This document shows positions 17,809 through 26,897 of a stretch of 64,000 nucleotides of DNA, one piece after another. The notes beneath the pieces are model-generated. The model saw only the letters and a list, made by a program, of their open reading frames with translations, did not search any database and was not told the DNA's origin. The position numbers and the translations under genes are program-made. Within the stretch, counting starts at the first letter, position 1. Each line of letters opens with the position of its first letter. Source of the DNA: Nannocystaceae bacterium ST9 (GTDB lineage Bacteria; Myxococcota_A; Polyangia; Nannocystales; Nannocystaceae); assembly GCA_048320885.1 (NCBI GenBank), contig JBLWFJ010000001.1, forward strand, positions 1,285,642-1,349,641, in the 5' to 3' direction.

Positions 17809-18666
17809 GTGCGCAGCCCTTCGATCCTGCCCCTCGCCTTGCTACTGCCCTGCGCCGCGTGTGGACGCGTCGGTGGAGAGACCGACGACGAAGTCGGCGA
17901 GACCGCGGGGACCGACGCGACCAGCGAGGACTCGGGCTCGTCCGACGCGAACAGCGAGGACTCGTCCGACATGAGCAGCGCGTCCGATTCGACCAGCGAT
18001 GGCGTCGACTCGACCGACACCGGCGACTCGACCGACACCGGCGATCCCGACTGTCCGGCCTTCCCCGCCGACCCGGCCGAGTTCAGCTACTCGATCGACG
18101 TCCCGGGCGTGGATCCCTGGGAGGTCGACGTGCGCTGGACCTGCAGCGTGCTCGAGGTCGAGACCCTCGATGGATTCTCGCTCACGCTCGACTGCCCCGA
18201 CGCGCCCGAGCCGGTCACGCTCTCGATCCTGACCGACCCGCTGCTGAATCCGCCGCTCGCCATCGGCGACGTCGTCGACCTGAGCTACGTGATCCAGGCA
18301 TCTTGGTGGCAGAGCACCTACGTCCGGCTGGACCTGCAAGGCGTCGGCCATCTGCTCACGTTGATCGACGCCGACTCGATCATGCCCTTCCAGTCCGTCG
18401 CGTTCGAGCTGCCCTTCGAGATCACCACGATCACGGATCTGTGCGAGGTTCAGAACTGGGACTGTGGCCAGCGCGAGCGGCTCGGGCTGGCGTTCGAGAT
18501 CGGCGGAGAGGCGGTCGTGATGCTCGATGGCAATCACGCGCTCGTCGGCGGCACCCCGGGCACCGACGTCTGGGTCGAAGAGGCCGGGCGCCTGCACGAC
18601 ATCGTGTGCACCGACATCCCCGGGGATTGGTACCGGGTGCTGATCGCCGACACCGGCTCGGAGTAG
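17809..18666 (+). CDS. hypothetical lipoprotein with acidic S/D/T-rich linker
   Basis: GTG start; LLLPCAAC signal/lipobox-like; low-complexity SEDSGSSDANSEDSSD linker; a paralogue remnant lies at 7339..7661. Confidence 0.65.
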   Translation: MRSPSILPLALLLPCAACGRVGGETDDEVGETAGTDATSEDSGSSDANSEDSSDMSSASDSTSDGVDSTDTGDSTDTGDPDCPAFPADPAEFSYSIDVPGVDPWEVDVRWTCSVLEVETLDGFSLTLDCPDAPEPVTLSILTDPLLNPPLAIGDVVDLSYVIQASWWQSTYVRLDLQGVGHLLTLIDADSIMPFQSVAFELPFEITTITDLCEVQNWDCGQRERLGLAFEIGGEAVVMLDGNHALVGGTPGTDVWVEEAGRLHDIVCTDIPGDWYRVLIADTGSE

Positions 18667-21033
18667 TCAGCCGATCGGGACGCAGACCACGATGGTCTCC
18701 GACTGGTTGTCCTCGTCGCACTCGTTGAGCGCGCCTTGCCCGAGCTCGTCTTCGTCGACGACCGCCCACACGCTCGCCGACGACTGCATCTGCATGCTCT
18801 CGAGCGTGACGGTCTGCTTGCCGCCGGCCGGGATCGCGGCTTGAGTCTGCACGCTGCCGAGGAAGCCGAGCTCTTCGGAGAAGAACGAGACCTCGACGCC
18901 CGGGCCGACGCCGAGGCAGCCGATGTTGACCACGTCGACGCTCAGGTTCAGCGTCGGGCAGGCCATGTCGTCGGCGCGCAGATCGAAGAGCTCGAGGTTG
19001 GGCGCGCAGAAGTCCGAGCCGCCCTGGATGTTGCAGCGATAGTTGTTGTAGGGGTCGCCGATCGGAGTCAGCCACGAGCTCTCCTCGACCAGCGGGATGC
19101 CACCGTCAATCCCGACGTTGGTGATGTGATAGCTGTGCTGATTCCAGATCGGTCGGGTGCTGACCCAGTTGTCGAGCGAGTCGCCCCAGACCTCGATGCC
19201 CGCGTCGAGCCCCCAGGCGATGTCGGAGTTGCTCGAGAACACCAGTTCGGCCTTGAAGTCGCCGTCGACGTCGGCGACGACCGGATACTCGGTGCGGGTC
19301 CGCGAAGTGTTGGGGTCCTTGAACAAGACCTCGCTCTCGTCCATCACCCCGTCGCAGAGCGGCCCGGGTGGGTTCAGGGCGCAGTCGGGCTCGATGCCCG
19401 GATAGATGCGCAGGAAGTACTCGTCGTTGTAGATGACCTCGTTGCGACCGTCGCCGTCGAAGTCGAACACCGACGAGCCGGTCACGCGCGACGAGTCGTC
19501 TTCGGTCACCGCTCGCCACATCTCGGTGAAGCTGGCCCCGTCGAAGGCGACCACGACATAACGGCTCGCGCCCGCGCTGGCGACGTCGGGCTGACCGTCG
19601 CCGTCGAAGTCGGCGATGTTGGGCGCACCGCCACCGTCGGGGGTGCCGGGGATCGGGATGCTGTCGATCGTCGTGCCGTCCTGGCCGTCGAGCGCGTAGA
19701 TCGTGCCGCCGCGGACCAAGATGACCTCGGGCAGGCCGTCGCCGTCGAAGTCGGCCACGCCACACTTGCCGTCGCCGGGCGCCGCCGTCCAGTAGATCAT
19801 CCCGGTGAAGTCGCCGCCCATCGCGGTGCCGGTGGTCTTGTAGGCCGTGCGCCCGCCGATCAGCTCGGGCCGCAGATCGCCGTCGAGGTCGGCCACGCAC
19901 GAGATCGGGCCCTGCAGGTCGAAGCCGATCCCCTGCGTGCCCTCCCAGAGCTTGGTGCCGGTGCTCGAGAACACCGCGGCCCCGAACACGATCTCGGGCT
20001 CGCCCTGGCCGTCGAGGTTGGCGATCGCCGTCGAGCCGCTGGTCTCGCCGCCGGTGAAGTTCTGCGAGGTCCACAGCGGCGTGCCGTCGTGATCGATCGC
20101 GATCAGGTACTTGCCCTCGCCCTGCACGACGACCTCTAGCTCGGGGTCGCCATCGATGTTGCCGATCGCCGGATTGGCGGTGCCGTCGGACTGATAGGCC
20201 GGATCGCTGACCCACCAGATCTGCTCGCCGGTGTCGCCTCGCAGCGCGCGAAGGATCCCGTTGGCCCCGGCGTCCCCGGACGGGTAGCTGTTGAACACGA
20301 TCTCGGGCACGCAGTCGCCGTCGAGATCGCCGACGACCGGGATCGACGACACGTGGGTCTGGGCCGGCGAGTCGATGACCGGCACGTGCGGCCACGAGGG
20401 CGTGCACACGCTGTTCACACAGACCTCGGCGGTCTGGCAGACGCTGTCGTCCACGCACGCGACCTGCTTGCGAGTGCCCCAGGTGAACTCGGGTCGCGGC
20501 GCGAACTGGGCCGGCGGCGGAACGTACTGACAGTTGGGATCGGCCATGCTCGGCACGCACTGGCCGAGCTCGGCGTCGCAGGTGTAGCCGGGGTCGCAGG
20601 TCGAGGTGTCGGGCTTGGTCGCGCAGCTGAACTCCGAGCAGGCCCCGGCCGGCACCACGCACGCGCCGAGGTAGCAGACCTCCGAGTCCGCGCAGCATTG
20701 GCCCTCCGACCCGCACGCCGGCACGCCGCCGCAGTCGTCGTCGCAGGCGCCCTCGAAGCAGACCTGGCCCTCGTCGCAACACGCCCCCGCACACTCGATC
20801 TGCTCGTCGGTGCAGGCCGGCCCGGTCTCGCTGCCGCTGGTGTCGAAGCTCGAGCTCGCGTCCTCGCTGCCCGAGTCGCTGCCATCGCTCGTGGTCGTGC
20901 TCAGGCTCTCGTTGGTCAGCGCCTCGTCGTCGCCGACTCGCCCGTCGTCGCCACCACAGCCGCTCGCGCCCACGACGAAGCCGAGCGCGAGGAACAAGCG
21001 AAGGGACGCGGGGGGAAGCGAGTCAGGACGCAT
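18667..21033 (-). CDS. FG-GAP/VCBS repeat lipoprotein with Cys-rich N-terminal region
   Basis: Lipobox GASGC; repeated DxDGDGxxE/FG-GAP motifs (GDLDGDCVPEIV, ADLDGDLRPELI, ADFDGDGLPEVI, ADFDGDGQPDV, FDFDGDGRNEVI, ADVDGDFKAELV). Confidence 0.8.
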   Translation of the reverse strand: MRPDSLPPASLRLFLALGFVVGASGCGGDDGRVGDDEALTNESLSTTTSDGSDSGSEDASSSFDTSGSETGPACTDEQIECAGACCDEGQVCFEGACDDDCGGVPACGSEGQCCADSEVCYLGACVVPAGACSEFSCATKPDTSTCDPGYTCDAELGQCVPSMADPNCQYVPPPAQFAPRPEFTWGTRKQVACVDDSVCQTAEVCVNSVCTPSWPHVPVIDSPAQTHVSSIPVVGDLDGDCVPEIVFNSYPSGDAGANGILRALRGDTGEQIWWVSDPAYQSDGTANPAIGNIDGDPELEVVVQGEGKYLIAIDHDGTPLWTSQNFTGGETSGSTAIANLDGQGEPEIVFGAAVFSSTGTKLWEGTQGIGFDLQGPISCVADLDGDLRPELIGGRTAYKTTGTAMGGDFTGMIYWTAAPGDGKCGVADFDGDGLPEVILVRGGTIYALDGQDGTTIDSIPIPGTPDGGGAPNIADFDGDGQPDVASAGASRYVVVAFDGASFTEMWRAVTEDDSSRVTGSSVFDFDGDGRNEVIYNDEYFLRIYPGIEPDCALNPPGPLCDGVMDESEVLFKDPNTSRTRTEYPVVADVDGDFKAELVFSSNSDIAWGLDAGIEVWGDSLDNWVSTRPIWNQHSYHITNVGIDGGIPLVEESSWLTPIGDPYNNYRCNIQGGSDFCAPNLELFDLRADDMACPTLNLSVDVVNIGCLGVGPGVEVSFFSEELGFLGSVQTQAAIPAGGKQTVTLESMQMQSSASVWAVVDEDELGQGALNECDEDNQSETIVVCVPIG

Positions 21034-21120
21034 GGCGTGAAACTATGCGCTCGCGCGGCGCAGATCAGCACGAGATCGACGAGGGCTCGCGAAGCCGGCT
21101 CGAACTCGATTTTCGACCTT

Positions 21121-21161
21121 CGCGAGCTCGTGCGCGCACGGGCATGCGCGAGCTCGTGCGC
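21121..21161. promoter_or_regulatory. direct repeat cgcgagctcgtgcgc x2 in the divergent intergenic region
   Basis: Two copies 10 bp apart between 18667..21033 (-) and 21220..23415 (+); candidate operator. Confidence 0.3.
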
Positions 21162-21219
21162 CCTGATCCTACGACCGCGACACGAAAATTCACGAACGTG
21201 CTGCTGTAGTCTCCTCGTG

Positions 21220-23415
21220 ATGACGCGTCGCCGGCAGATTGCCCTCGCGCTCGGCTTCGCTGGGCTCGCGCTGCTCGTGTCGACCTGCCGCGGCCGCCAC
21301 GAGGGCCCCGGCAGCGTTCACCCCGATCCCGTGCCCGCGCCGATCGTCGAGGCCCGCGAGCGCGAGCAGGTCGAGCGGGCGGCCGCGCTGGGGGTCGAGC
21401 CCGACGCCAAGCAGATCCTGTTCGGCGATCTGCACGTGCACACGACCTTCTCGCCCGACGCGTTCTTGCGCAGCCTGCCCTTGGTCGGTGGCGAAGGCAC
21501 GCATCCGCCGGCCGACGCCTGCGACTACGCTCGCTTTTGCAGTGGGCTCGACTTCTTCGCGGTCACCGATCACGCCGAGGGCCTGACCCACGAGCACTGG
21601 CGCGAGACCATCGAGTCGATCCGCGACTGCAACGCGGCCGCCGGCGACCCCGACGATCCCGACCTCGCGGCGTTCGTCGGGTTCGAGTGGACGCAGGTCG
21701 GGGCCACCGTCGACGATCACTACGGACACAAGAACGTGCTGTTTCGCGGGACCGCCGACGACGAGCTGCCGGCCCGGCCGATCGCCGCCGGCGGCCCGCT
21801 GGTCCAGGCCCTGCGCGCGACCCAGATCAACGCCAAGACCATGTGGCTGCCGCTGATCGACGGCCAGCAGCCGCGCCGCTACTTCGACTATCGCCGCTAT
21901 CGCCAGGAGATCGCCGCGATGCCCGATTGCCCGGTCGACGTCGACGTCCACCAGCTTCCGCTCGACTGCCGCGAGCAAGCCAGCACGCCCGCCGAGCTCT
22001 ACGCCAAGCTCGATCAGTGGGGCCTCGACTCGCTGGTGATCCCGCACGGCACGACCTGGGGCTTCTACACGCCGCCCGGCTACGTCTGGCACGAGCTCGC
22101 CGAGTCCGACGAACGACAGAGGTTGATCGAGGTCTACTCGGGCCACGGCAATTCCGAGGAGTGGCGCAGCTTCTCGGCCGCCGAGCGGGTCGCCGGCGAG
22201 TGGGTGTGCCCGCAGCCGACGCCCGAGTTCGAACCTTGTTGCTGGCGCGCGGGCGAGCTGATCCGCGAGCGCTGCGGCGACGCTCCGGCGGCCACCTGCG
22301 AGGCGCGAGTCGAGCGAGCGCGCCGGCTCTACCTCGACGCCGGCGTGTCCGGCCACCAGGTCGTGCCCGGGGCCACGGTCGAGGACTGGGGCGACTGCGA
22401 TCAATGCCGCGACTGCTTCAACCCCAGCTACAGCCACCGCGCCGGTGGTTCGGTCCAGGCGATCCTGGCCCGCGGCGCGACCTTCGGGATGATCGCGTCG
22501 AGCGACAACCACCTCGCGCGTCCGGGCACCGGCTACAAGGAGTTCGGTCGACACGGCAACACCGAGACGGTCGGGGCCCGATCGCCGCGCTTCGACGGCT
22601 ACTTCCGCGGTCGCGATCGCCGACCCACGCCCGAGCCCGAGCGCTTCGATCCCGAGGATCGCTCGATCCCTCCCTTCGCGCAGGCCTACCTCGAGCGACA
22701 AGCCTCGTTCTTCATGACCGGTGGCCTGGTCGCGGTCCATGCCGGCGGCCGCGACCGCGACTCGATCTGGTCGGCGCTCGAGCGGCGCGAGGTCTACGGG
22801 ACCTCGGGCGAGCGGATCTTGCTCTGGTTCGATCTCGTCGGCGGTCCGCCGGGGCTCTCGGAGCCGCTGCCGATGGGCAGCGTGGTCGAGCTGCCCGACG
22901 ACTCGCTGCCCCGCTTTCGCGTGCGCGCGGCCGGCAGCTTCGAGCAGCTGCCCGGCTGCCCGACCTGGGTCGAGGACCAGCTCTCCGACGAGCGGATCCA
23001 CGGCCTGTGCCTCGACGAATGCCACAACCCCGCCGATCGCCGGCGAGCGATCACGCGGATCGAGGTCGTGCGGATCCGGCCCCAGCAGCGCCCCGACGAG
23101 CCGATCGACGCGTTGATCGAAGATCCCTGGCAGACCTTCCCCTGCCCCGCCGACGCCCAGGGTTGCTCCATCGAATTCGAAGACCCCGAGTTCGCCGGCG
23201 GCCGCACCACGCTCTACTACGTCCGCGCGATCCAGGAGCCCACCCCGGCCGTCAACGCGGGCGGCCTGCGCTGCCAAGGCGAGGCCTGCGAGCGGCTCGA
23301 CGTCTGCTACGGCGACTACCGGACCGAGTTCGACGACGAGTGCGTCAGCCCCAACGAGGAGCGGGCCTGGTCGTCGCCGATCTGGCTGCACCCGACGCGA
23401 GTCGTCACGCCATGA
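21220..23415 (+). CDS. DUF3604-family lipoprotein (PHP-like metal-dependent hydrolase fold)
   Basis: Lipobox LLVSTC; GDLHVHTTFSPDAF...FFAVTDHAE, characteristic of DUF3604/PHP. Confidence 0.7.
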   Translation: MTRRRQIALALGFAGLALLVSTCRGRHEGPGSVHPDPVPAPIVEAREREQVERAAALGVEPDAKQILFGDLHVHTTFSPDAFLRSLPLVGGEGTHPPADACDYARFCSGLDFFAVTDHAEGLTHEHWRETIESIRDCNAAAGDPDDPDLAAFVGFEWTQVGATVDDHYGHKNVLFRGTADDELPARPIAAGGPLVQALRATQINAKTMWLPLIDGQQPRRYFDYRRYRQEIAAMPDCPVDVDVHQLPLDCREQASTPAELYAKLDQWGLDSLVIPHGTTWGFYTPPGYVWHELAESDERQRLIEVYSGHGNSEEWRSFSAAERVAGEWVCPQPTPEFEPCCWRAGELIRERCGDAPAATCEARVERARRLYLDAGVSGHQVVPGATVEDWGDCDQCRDCFNPSYSHRAGGSVQAILARGATFGMIASSDNHLARPGTGYKEFGRHGNTETVGARSPRFDGYFRGRDRRPTPEPERFDPEDRSIPPFAQAYLERQASFFMTGGLVAVHAGGRDRDSIWSALERREVYGTSGERILLWFDLVGGPPGLSEPLPMGSVVELPDDSLPRFRVRAAGSFEQLPGCPTWVEDQLSDERIHGLCLDECHNPADRRRAITRIEVVRIRPQQRPDEPIDALIEDPWQTFPCPADAQGCSIEFEDPEFAGGRTTLYYVRAIQEPTPAVNAGGLRCQGEACERLDVCYGDYRTEFDDECVSPNEERAWSSPIWLHPTRVVTP

Positions 23416-24329
23416 CCCGCATGATCAGCGAGACCCGCATGATCAGCGAGACCCGCATGATCAGCATGATCAGCGAGCCCGACCCGAAGCAGGATCGCTC
23501 GTTCATGCTGGCCATGCTGGTCGGCGCGAGCCTGGCGTTGCTCGGGCTCTTCGTCGAGCTCGATGCTCCGGCGCCGCGCGTGCCCGCGGGCGCGGTCGCG
23601 ATCGTCGACGGCACGCCGATCCCCGAGGCCGACTACGAGCGAGCCCTGGCCGCGCTCGCGGCCGACCTGCGTAGGCCGCTCACCGACGCCGATCGCCGCC
23701 ACGTGATCGATCGGCTGATCGACGAGCTCCTGCTGGTCGAGCACGGCCTCGCGCTCGGGCTGGTCCGCAGCGATCCCTACTTGCGCACGGCGGTCAGTCG
23801 CGCCGTGCTCGATCGCGTGCAAGCCGAGGTCGCGACCGGCGAAGCGGCGAGCGAGCTCGAGCTGCGCAGCCATCATCGCGCTCACCCCGAGCGCTTCGCC
23901 GCGACCGATCGGATCGCGCTCGACGGGCTCTTCTTTCGCACGCTCGACGACGCGGCCCGAGCCCGCGAGCAGTGGGTCCGCGGCGAACCTCGCCGAACGT
24001 TCGCCGCCCGAGCGCTTCGCCCCGCGCTCGCGCTGCCCTCGACGCCGCTGCCACCCGGCAAGCTGCGCGACTACCTGGGCCCGCGCGCCAGCGAGCTCGC
24101 GCTCGCGCTCGAGGTCGGGCAGATCAGCGAGCCGATCGCCGTCGAGGGCGGCGCGTGGTTGCTCGAGTGCCGCGCCCGCACGCTCGGGCGAGCCCGGCCC
24201 TTCGCCGAGGTCCGCGAGCTGGTCGAGGCCGACCTCCGCCGCGAGCGTGAAGACCAGGCCCTGCGCGAGCGGATCGCCGCGCTGCGCGACGCCGCCGTGA
24301 TCGTGATCCGCGAGGAGTCCGACGAATGA
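23412..24329 (+). CDS. SurA/PpiC-like periplasmic chaperone/PPIase with N-terminal MISETR tandem repeat
   Basis: ATGA overlap with the DUF3604 stop; SurA_N-like region followed by a degenerate parvulin-like segment (LRDYLGPRASELALALEVGQISEPIAVEGGAWLLEC). Confidence 0.6.
   Translation: MTRMISETRMISETRMISMISEPDPKQDRSFMLAMLVGASLALLGLFVELDAPAPRVPAGAVAIVDGTPIPEADYERALAALAADLRRPLTDADRRHVIDRLIDELLLVEHGLALGLVRSDPYLRTAVSRAVLDRVQAEVATGEAASELELRSHHRAHPERFAATDRIALDGLFFRTLDDAARAREQWVRGEPRRTFAARALRPALALPSTPLPPGKLRDYLGPRASELALALEVGQISEPIAVEGGAWLLECRARTLGRARPFAEVRELVEADLRREREDQALRERIAALRDAAVIVIREESDE
23421..23480 (+). repeat. 18 bp coding tandem repeat (atgatcagcgagacccgc, about 3 copies)
   Basis: Encodes MISETR-MISETR-MIS-MISEP at the N-terminus of 23412..24329. 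Confidence 0.7.
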
Positions 24330-25447
24330 GGGCGCTGTGGACCGCGCTCGCGCTGCTGCTGGCCCTGCTCGCGCCCACGCTCGCGCTCGCGCACGGCCGC
24401 GACACCTCGCACTCGCGCTGGCGAGTCGAGGGCGATCGGGTCGAGGTCGCGATCCAGATCGCCGCCCGCGATCACGCCCGCTTTCCGAGCTCGCAGAGCT
24501 TGATCGAGCGCTTCGTGATCGAGGGTGACGCGGGCGAATGCCGACCGCTGCTCGAGACCCTCGACGAGCGCGCGACCGCGACCGGCGAGTTGGTCATGCG
24601 CTGGCGCTTCGACTGCGCCGGCGTGTCCGCCCCGCGTACGATCCACGTCGAGCTGTTCGAGGCGCTCGGCCCCGCCCACGTGCACGTGCTCGCCCGCGAG
24701 GGCAGCGAGCGCGAGCTGGTCCTGAGCGCGAGCGCGACCAAGGCCCCGCTCGACCCCGACGCCGAGCCGACGCTCGCATGGTCCGCGTTCCTGCGCCTGG
24801 GCCTGGTCCACATGCTGAGCGGCTGGGATCACCTCGCGTTCGTGCTCGCCCTGCTGATCGCCGCCGGCAGCCTGCGCCGCGCCCTGCTGCTGATCACCGG
24901 ATTCACGCTCGGGCACAGCCTGACCCTCGCCCTGTGTGCGCTCGACCTGCTGCGTCCGCACGCGAGCGCCGTCGAGCTGCTGATCGCCGCGAGCATCGTG
25001 ATCGTCGCCGCGCAGGACTTCGATCCCGAGCGCCGCGCCGGCGTGCCCGAGCAAGTCGCCGGCATGCTCGCGCTCGCGGCCCTGCTCGCCGCCGTTCGCC
25101 AGCAAGCCAGCGCGCTCGCGGCCTGCGGCGCCGCGCTCTTCGCCTGGGGCTACCTGCACCACGCCCGCGCGGACACCCGCGTGCTGCTGGTCGCCGCGTT
25201 CGGGCTGATCCACGGGGCCGGGTTCGCGGCGATCCTGCACGACACCGGACTGCCGACCGACGCCCGCGTCGGCGCGCTGCTGGCCTTCAACCTCGGCGTC
25301 GAGCTCGGTGGTCTCGCCTTCGTGGCCCTGCTCTGGCCCGCGCTCGCTTGGGCCTCGCGCAAGCGCCTCGCGCTCGCACGCCCGCTCGGCTTGCTGCTCG
25401 CCTGCCTCGGCACCGCGTGGGTCGTGCAGCGAGCCGGCGGGATCTGA
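24326..25447 (+). CDS. HupE/UreJ-family membrane protein with N-terminal periplasmic extension
   Basis: ATGA overlap with the upstream stop; GWDHLAFVLALL and GLIHGAGFA motifs; signal peptide plus roughly 160 aa soluble N-domain. Confidence 0.6.
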   Translation: MRALWTALALLLALLAPTLALAHGRDTSHSRWRVEGDRVEVAIQIAARDHARFPSSQSLIERFVIEGDAGECRPLLETLDERATATGELVMRWRFDCAGVSAPRTIHVELFEALGPAHVHVLAREGSERELVLSASATKAPLDPDAEPTLAWSAFLRLGLVHMLSGWDHLAFVLALLIAAGSLRRALLLITGFTLGHSLTLALCALDLLRPHASAVELLIAASIVIVAAQDFDPERRAGVPEQVAGMLALAALLAAVRQQASALAACGAALFAWGYLHHARADTRVLLVAAFGLIHGAGFAAILHDTGLPTDARVGALLAFNLGVELGGLAFVALLWPALAWASRKRLALARPLGLLLACLGTAWVVQRAGGI

Positions 25448-25487
25448 GTCGATCGCGATCTCGCCACCCGCTATTCTCGCCCGCGCC

Positions 25488-25968
25488 GTGCCGATCCCCG
25501 CCGAGTTCCAGGCCGAGAGCCTCTACGCGCCCGACCAGTGGTACATCCACGACCTGCTCGAGGTCGAGCGCGACCCCAGCGAGGGCCTCGATCGCGTCGT
25601 CGCGCTCTGCGACACCGCCACGCTCGCCGACCACCCGATCGTCGCCGCCCAGCGCGAGTGGCCCGGCCAACCCAAGCACGTGCCCGGGATCGTCATGGTC
25701 CAGATCACCGGCACGCTCGGCAACCTGCACGCCGTCTGCGTGATGGGCCTGAAGATGAGAGGGCTGGGTCGGGTTCGGGACCAACATCCACGAGGCCAGG
25801 TTCTCGGGGATCGGCCGGATCGGGCCGGGGTTGGTCTGCGAGCTGAAGATCGAGCGAATGCGGCGGATCAAGGGCCAGGTGTTCGGGACCTACGCGTTTC
25901 GCTTCGAGCAGGAGGGGAAGGTGATCTATCGGTCGCGGCAGACCGCGAGCTGGTCGCGGGTCGGGTAG
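25488..25968 (+). pseudogene. FabZ/FabA-like hotdog dehydratase with apparent +1 frameshift (around 25751-25770)
   Basis: N-part in frame 0 (...DHPIVAAQREWPGQPKHVPGIVMVQITGTLGNLHAVCVMGLKM); C-part in frame 1 (GFGTNIHEARFSGIGRIGPGLVCELKIERMRRIKGQVFGTYAFRFEQEGKVIY...), matching the FabZ C-terminus; join point in the run gagggctgg. Confidence 0.55.
25803..25917 (+). repeat. direct repeat copy A (3' end of the FabZ-like gene)
   Basis: About 95% identical to 28505..28616; the two copies bracket the HK/REC-Mrr cassette. Confidence 0.8.
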
Positions 25969-25976
25969 GGGCCGGG

Positions 25977-26897
25977 CTACTTGGCGCCTGCGCTGGTCTC
26001 GATCGCGCGTTGATGCAGCGTCTTGAGCACTTCGTTGCGCGCGGGGTCGTCCACCAAGCGCTGGAGCTCGTCGGGCCCGATCGGAACGACGACGATGTTC
26101 TCCCGGCGACGCGTCGCCAGCGTGGCCGCGAACCCCTTGGTGAATCCATTGGCCGCGATGAAGAAACCGAGCGTGGCCCGTCCGAAGCGGCGCTCGAGTT
26201 TGTTGGTGAAGCGATCGAGCTCATTGGGGCCGACGCTGCCGCTCCAGTTCTTGCACTCCACCAAGAAGTATTGACTCTCCTTGGTCCAGAAGGGATCGAT
26301 GGACTCGTTGCGAACGACGAGATCGAACTCCTCGTCGAGGCCGCGTCGGCGGGTGGCGACGACGAAGCCCGGCGCCGCCCGAAAGATCGACTCGACGAGA
26401 TCCTCCAAGATCCGCCCTTTCTCGGCGCTCGTGGTCGCCCCACGAACTTGGGCCTGCAACTCGCTCAGGCGCGTGGAGACCTCGTCTTCCGCGGAGGTCA
26501 GCCATCGCTCGCGGGCCAACTCGATCGCGTTTCGGACCTTGGCCCGCAGCAGCGTCTTGAAGTTTTCGGTCTTCTCGACGTAATCGTAGACTCCGACCTT
26601 GAACGCACGCTCGATCGTCTCGGGGCTCGCGTAGCCGGTGACGATGATGATCTTGGCGCCCGGGCTCCTTCGTTCGACCTCCTCGATCAATTCGAGGCCC
26701 TCGTCGCCGCCCGCGGATCCATGCAAGCGTTGATCGAGCAGCACGACCGACCAATCGCCTTGGTCGAGCGCGTCCACGGCTTGCTGATAGCTCGACACTC
26801 CCGTCACGCTCAGACCGTCGAGACCCAGCATTTCGCCATAGATGGCGAGGATGTTCTTTTCGTCGTCGACGGCGAGGATCTTGTCGTAGCGATTCAC
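25977..26897 (-). CDS. response regulator: REC domain fused to Mrr-like restriction endonuclease (PD-(D/E)xK) domain
   Basis: REC (ILAVDDEKNIL...VVLLDQRL...KIIIVTGY); C-terminal EDLVESIFRA...EEFDLVV...FLVECKNWSGSVGPNELDRF, typical Mrr_cat D...E.K core; lower GC than the surroundings. Confidence 0.7.
   Translation of the reverse strand: MNRYDKILAVDDEKNILAIYGEMLGLDGLSVTGVSSYQQAVDALDQGDWSVVLLDQRLHGSAGGDEGLELIEEVERRSPGAKIIIVTGYASPETIERAFKVGVYDYVEKTENFKTLLRAKVRNAIELARERWLTSAEDEVSTRLSELQAQVRGATTSAEKGRILEDLVESIFRAAPGFVVATRRRGLDEEFDLVVRNESIDPFWTKESQYFLVECKNWSGSVGPNELDRFTNKLERRFGRATLGFFIAANGFTKGFAATLATRRRENIVVVPIGPDELQRLVDDPARNEVLKTLHQRAIETSAGAK

Noticed and set aside
19106-20794. 562 aa minus-strand alternate-frame ORF, and 18736..20139 plus ORF, over the FG-GAP lipoprotein gene
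   Set aside because: Only the 18667..21033 frame yields lipobox plus repeated FG-GAP motifs.
21190-23391. 733 aa minus-strand ORF opposite the DUF3604 gene, and 21537..24329 as a single 930 aa protein
   Set aside because: DUF3604 motifs are on the plus strand in the 20353..23415 frame. The 930 aa frame is only genuinely coding from 23412 (SurA-like gene), and its upstream part overlaps DUF3604 in another frame.
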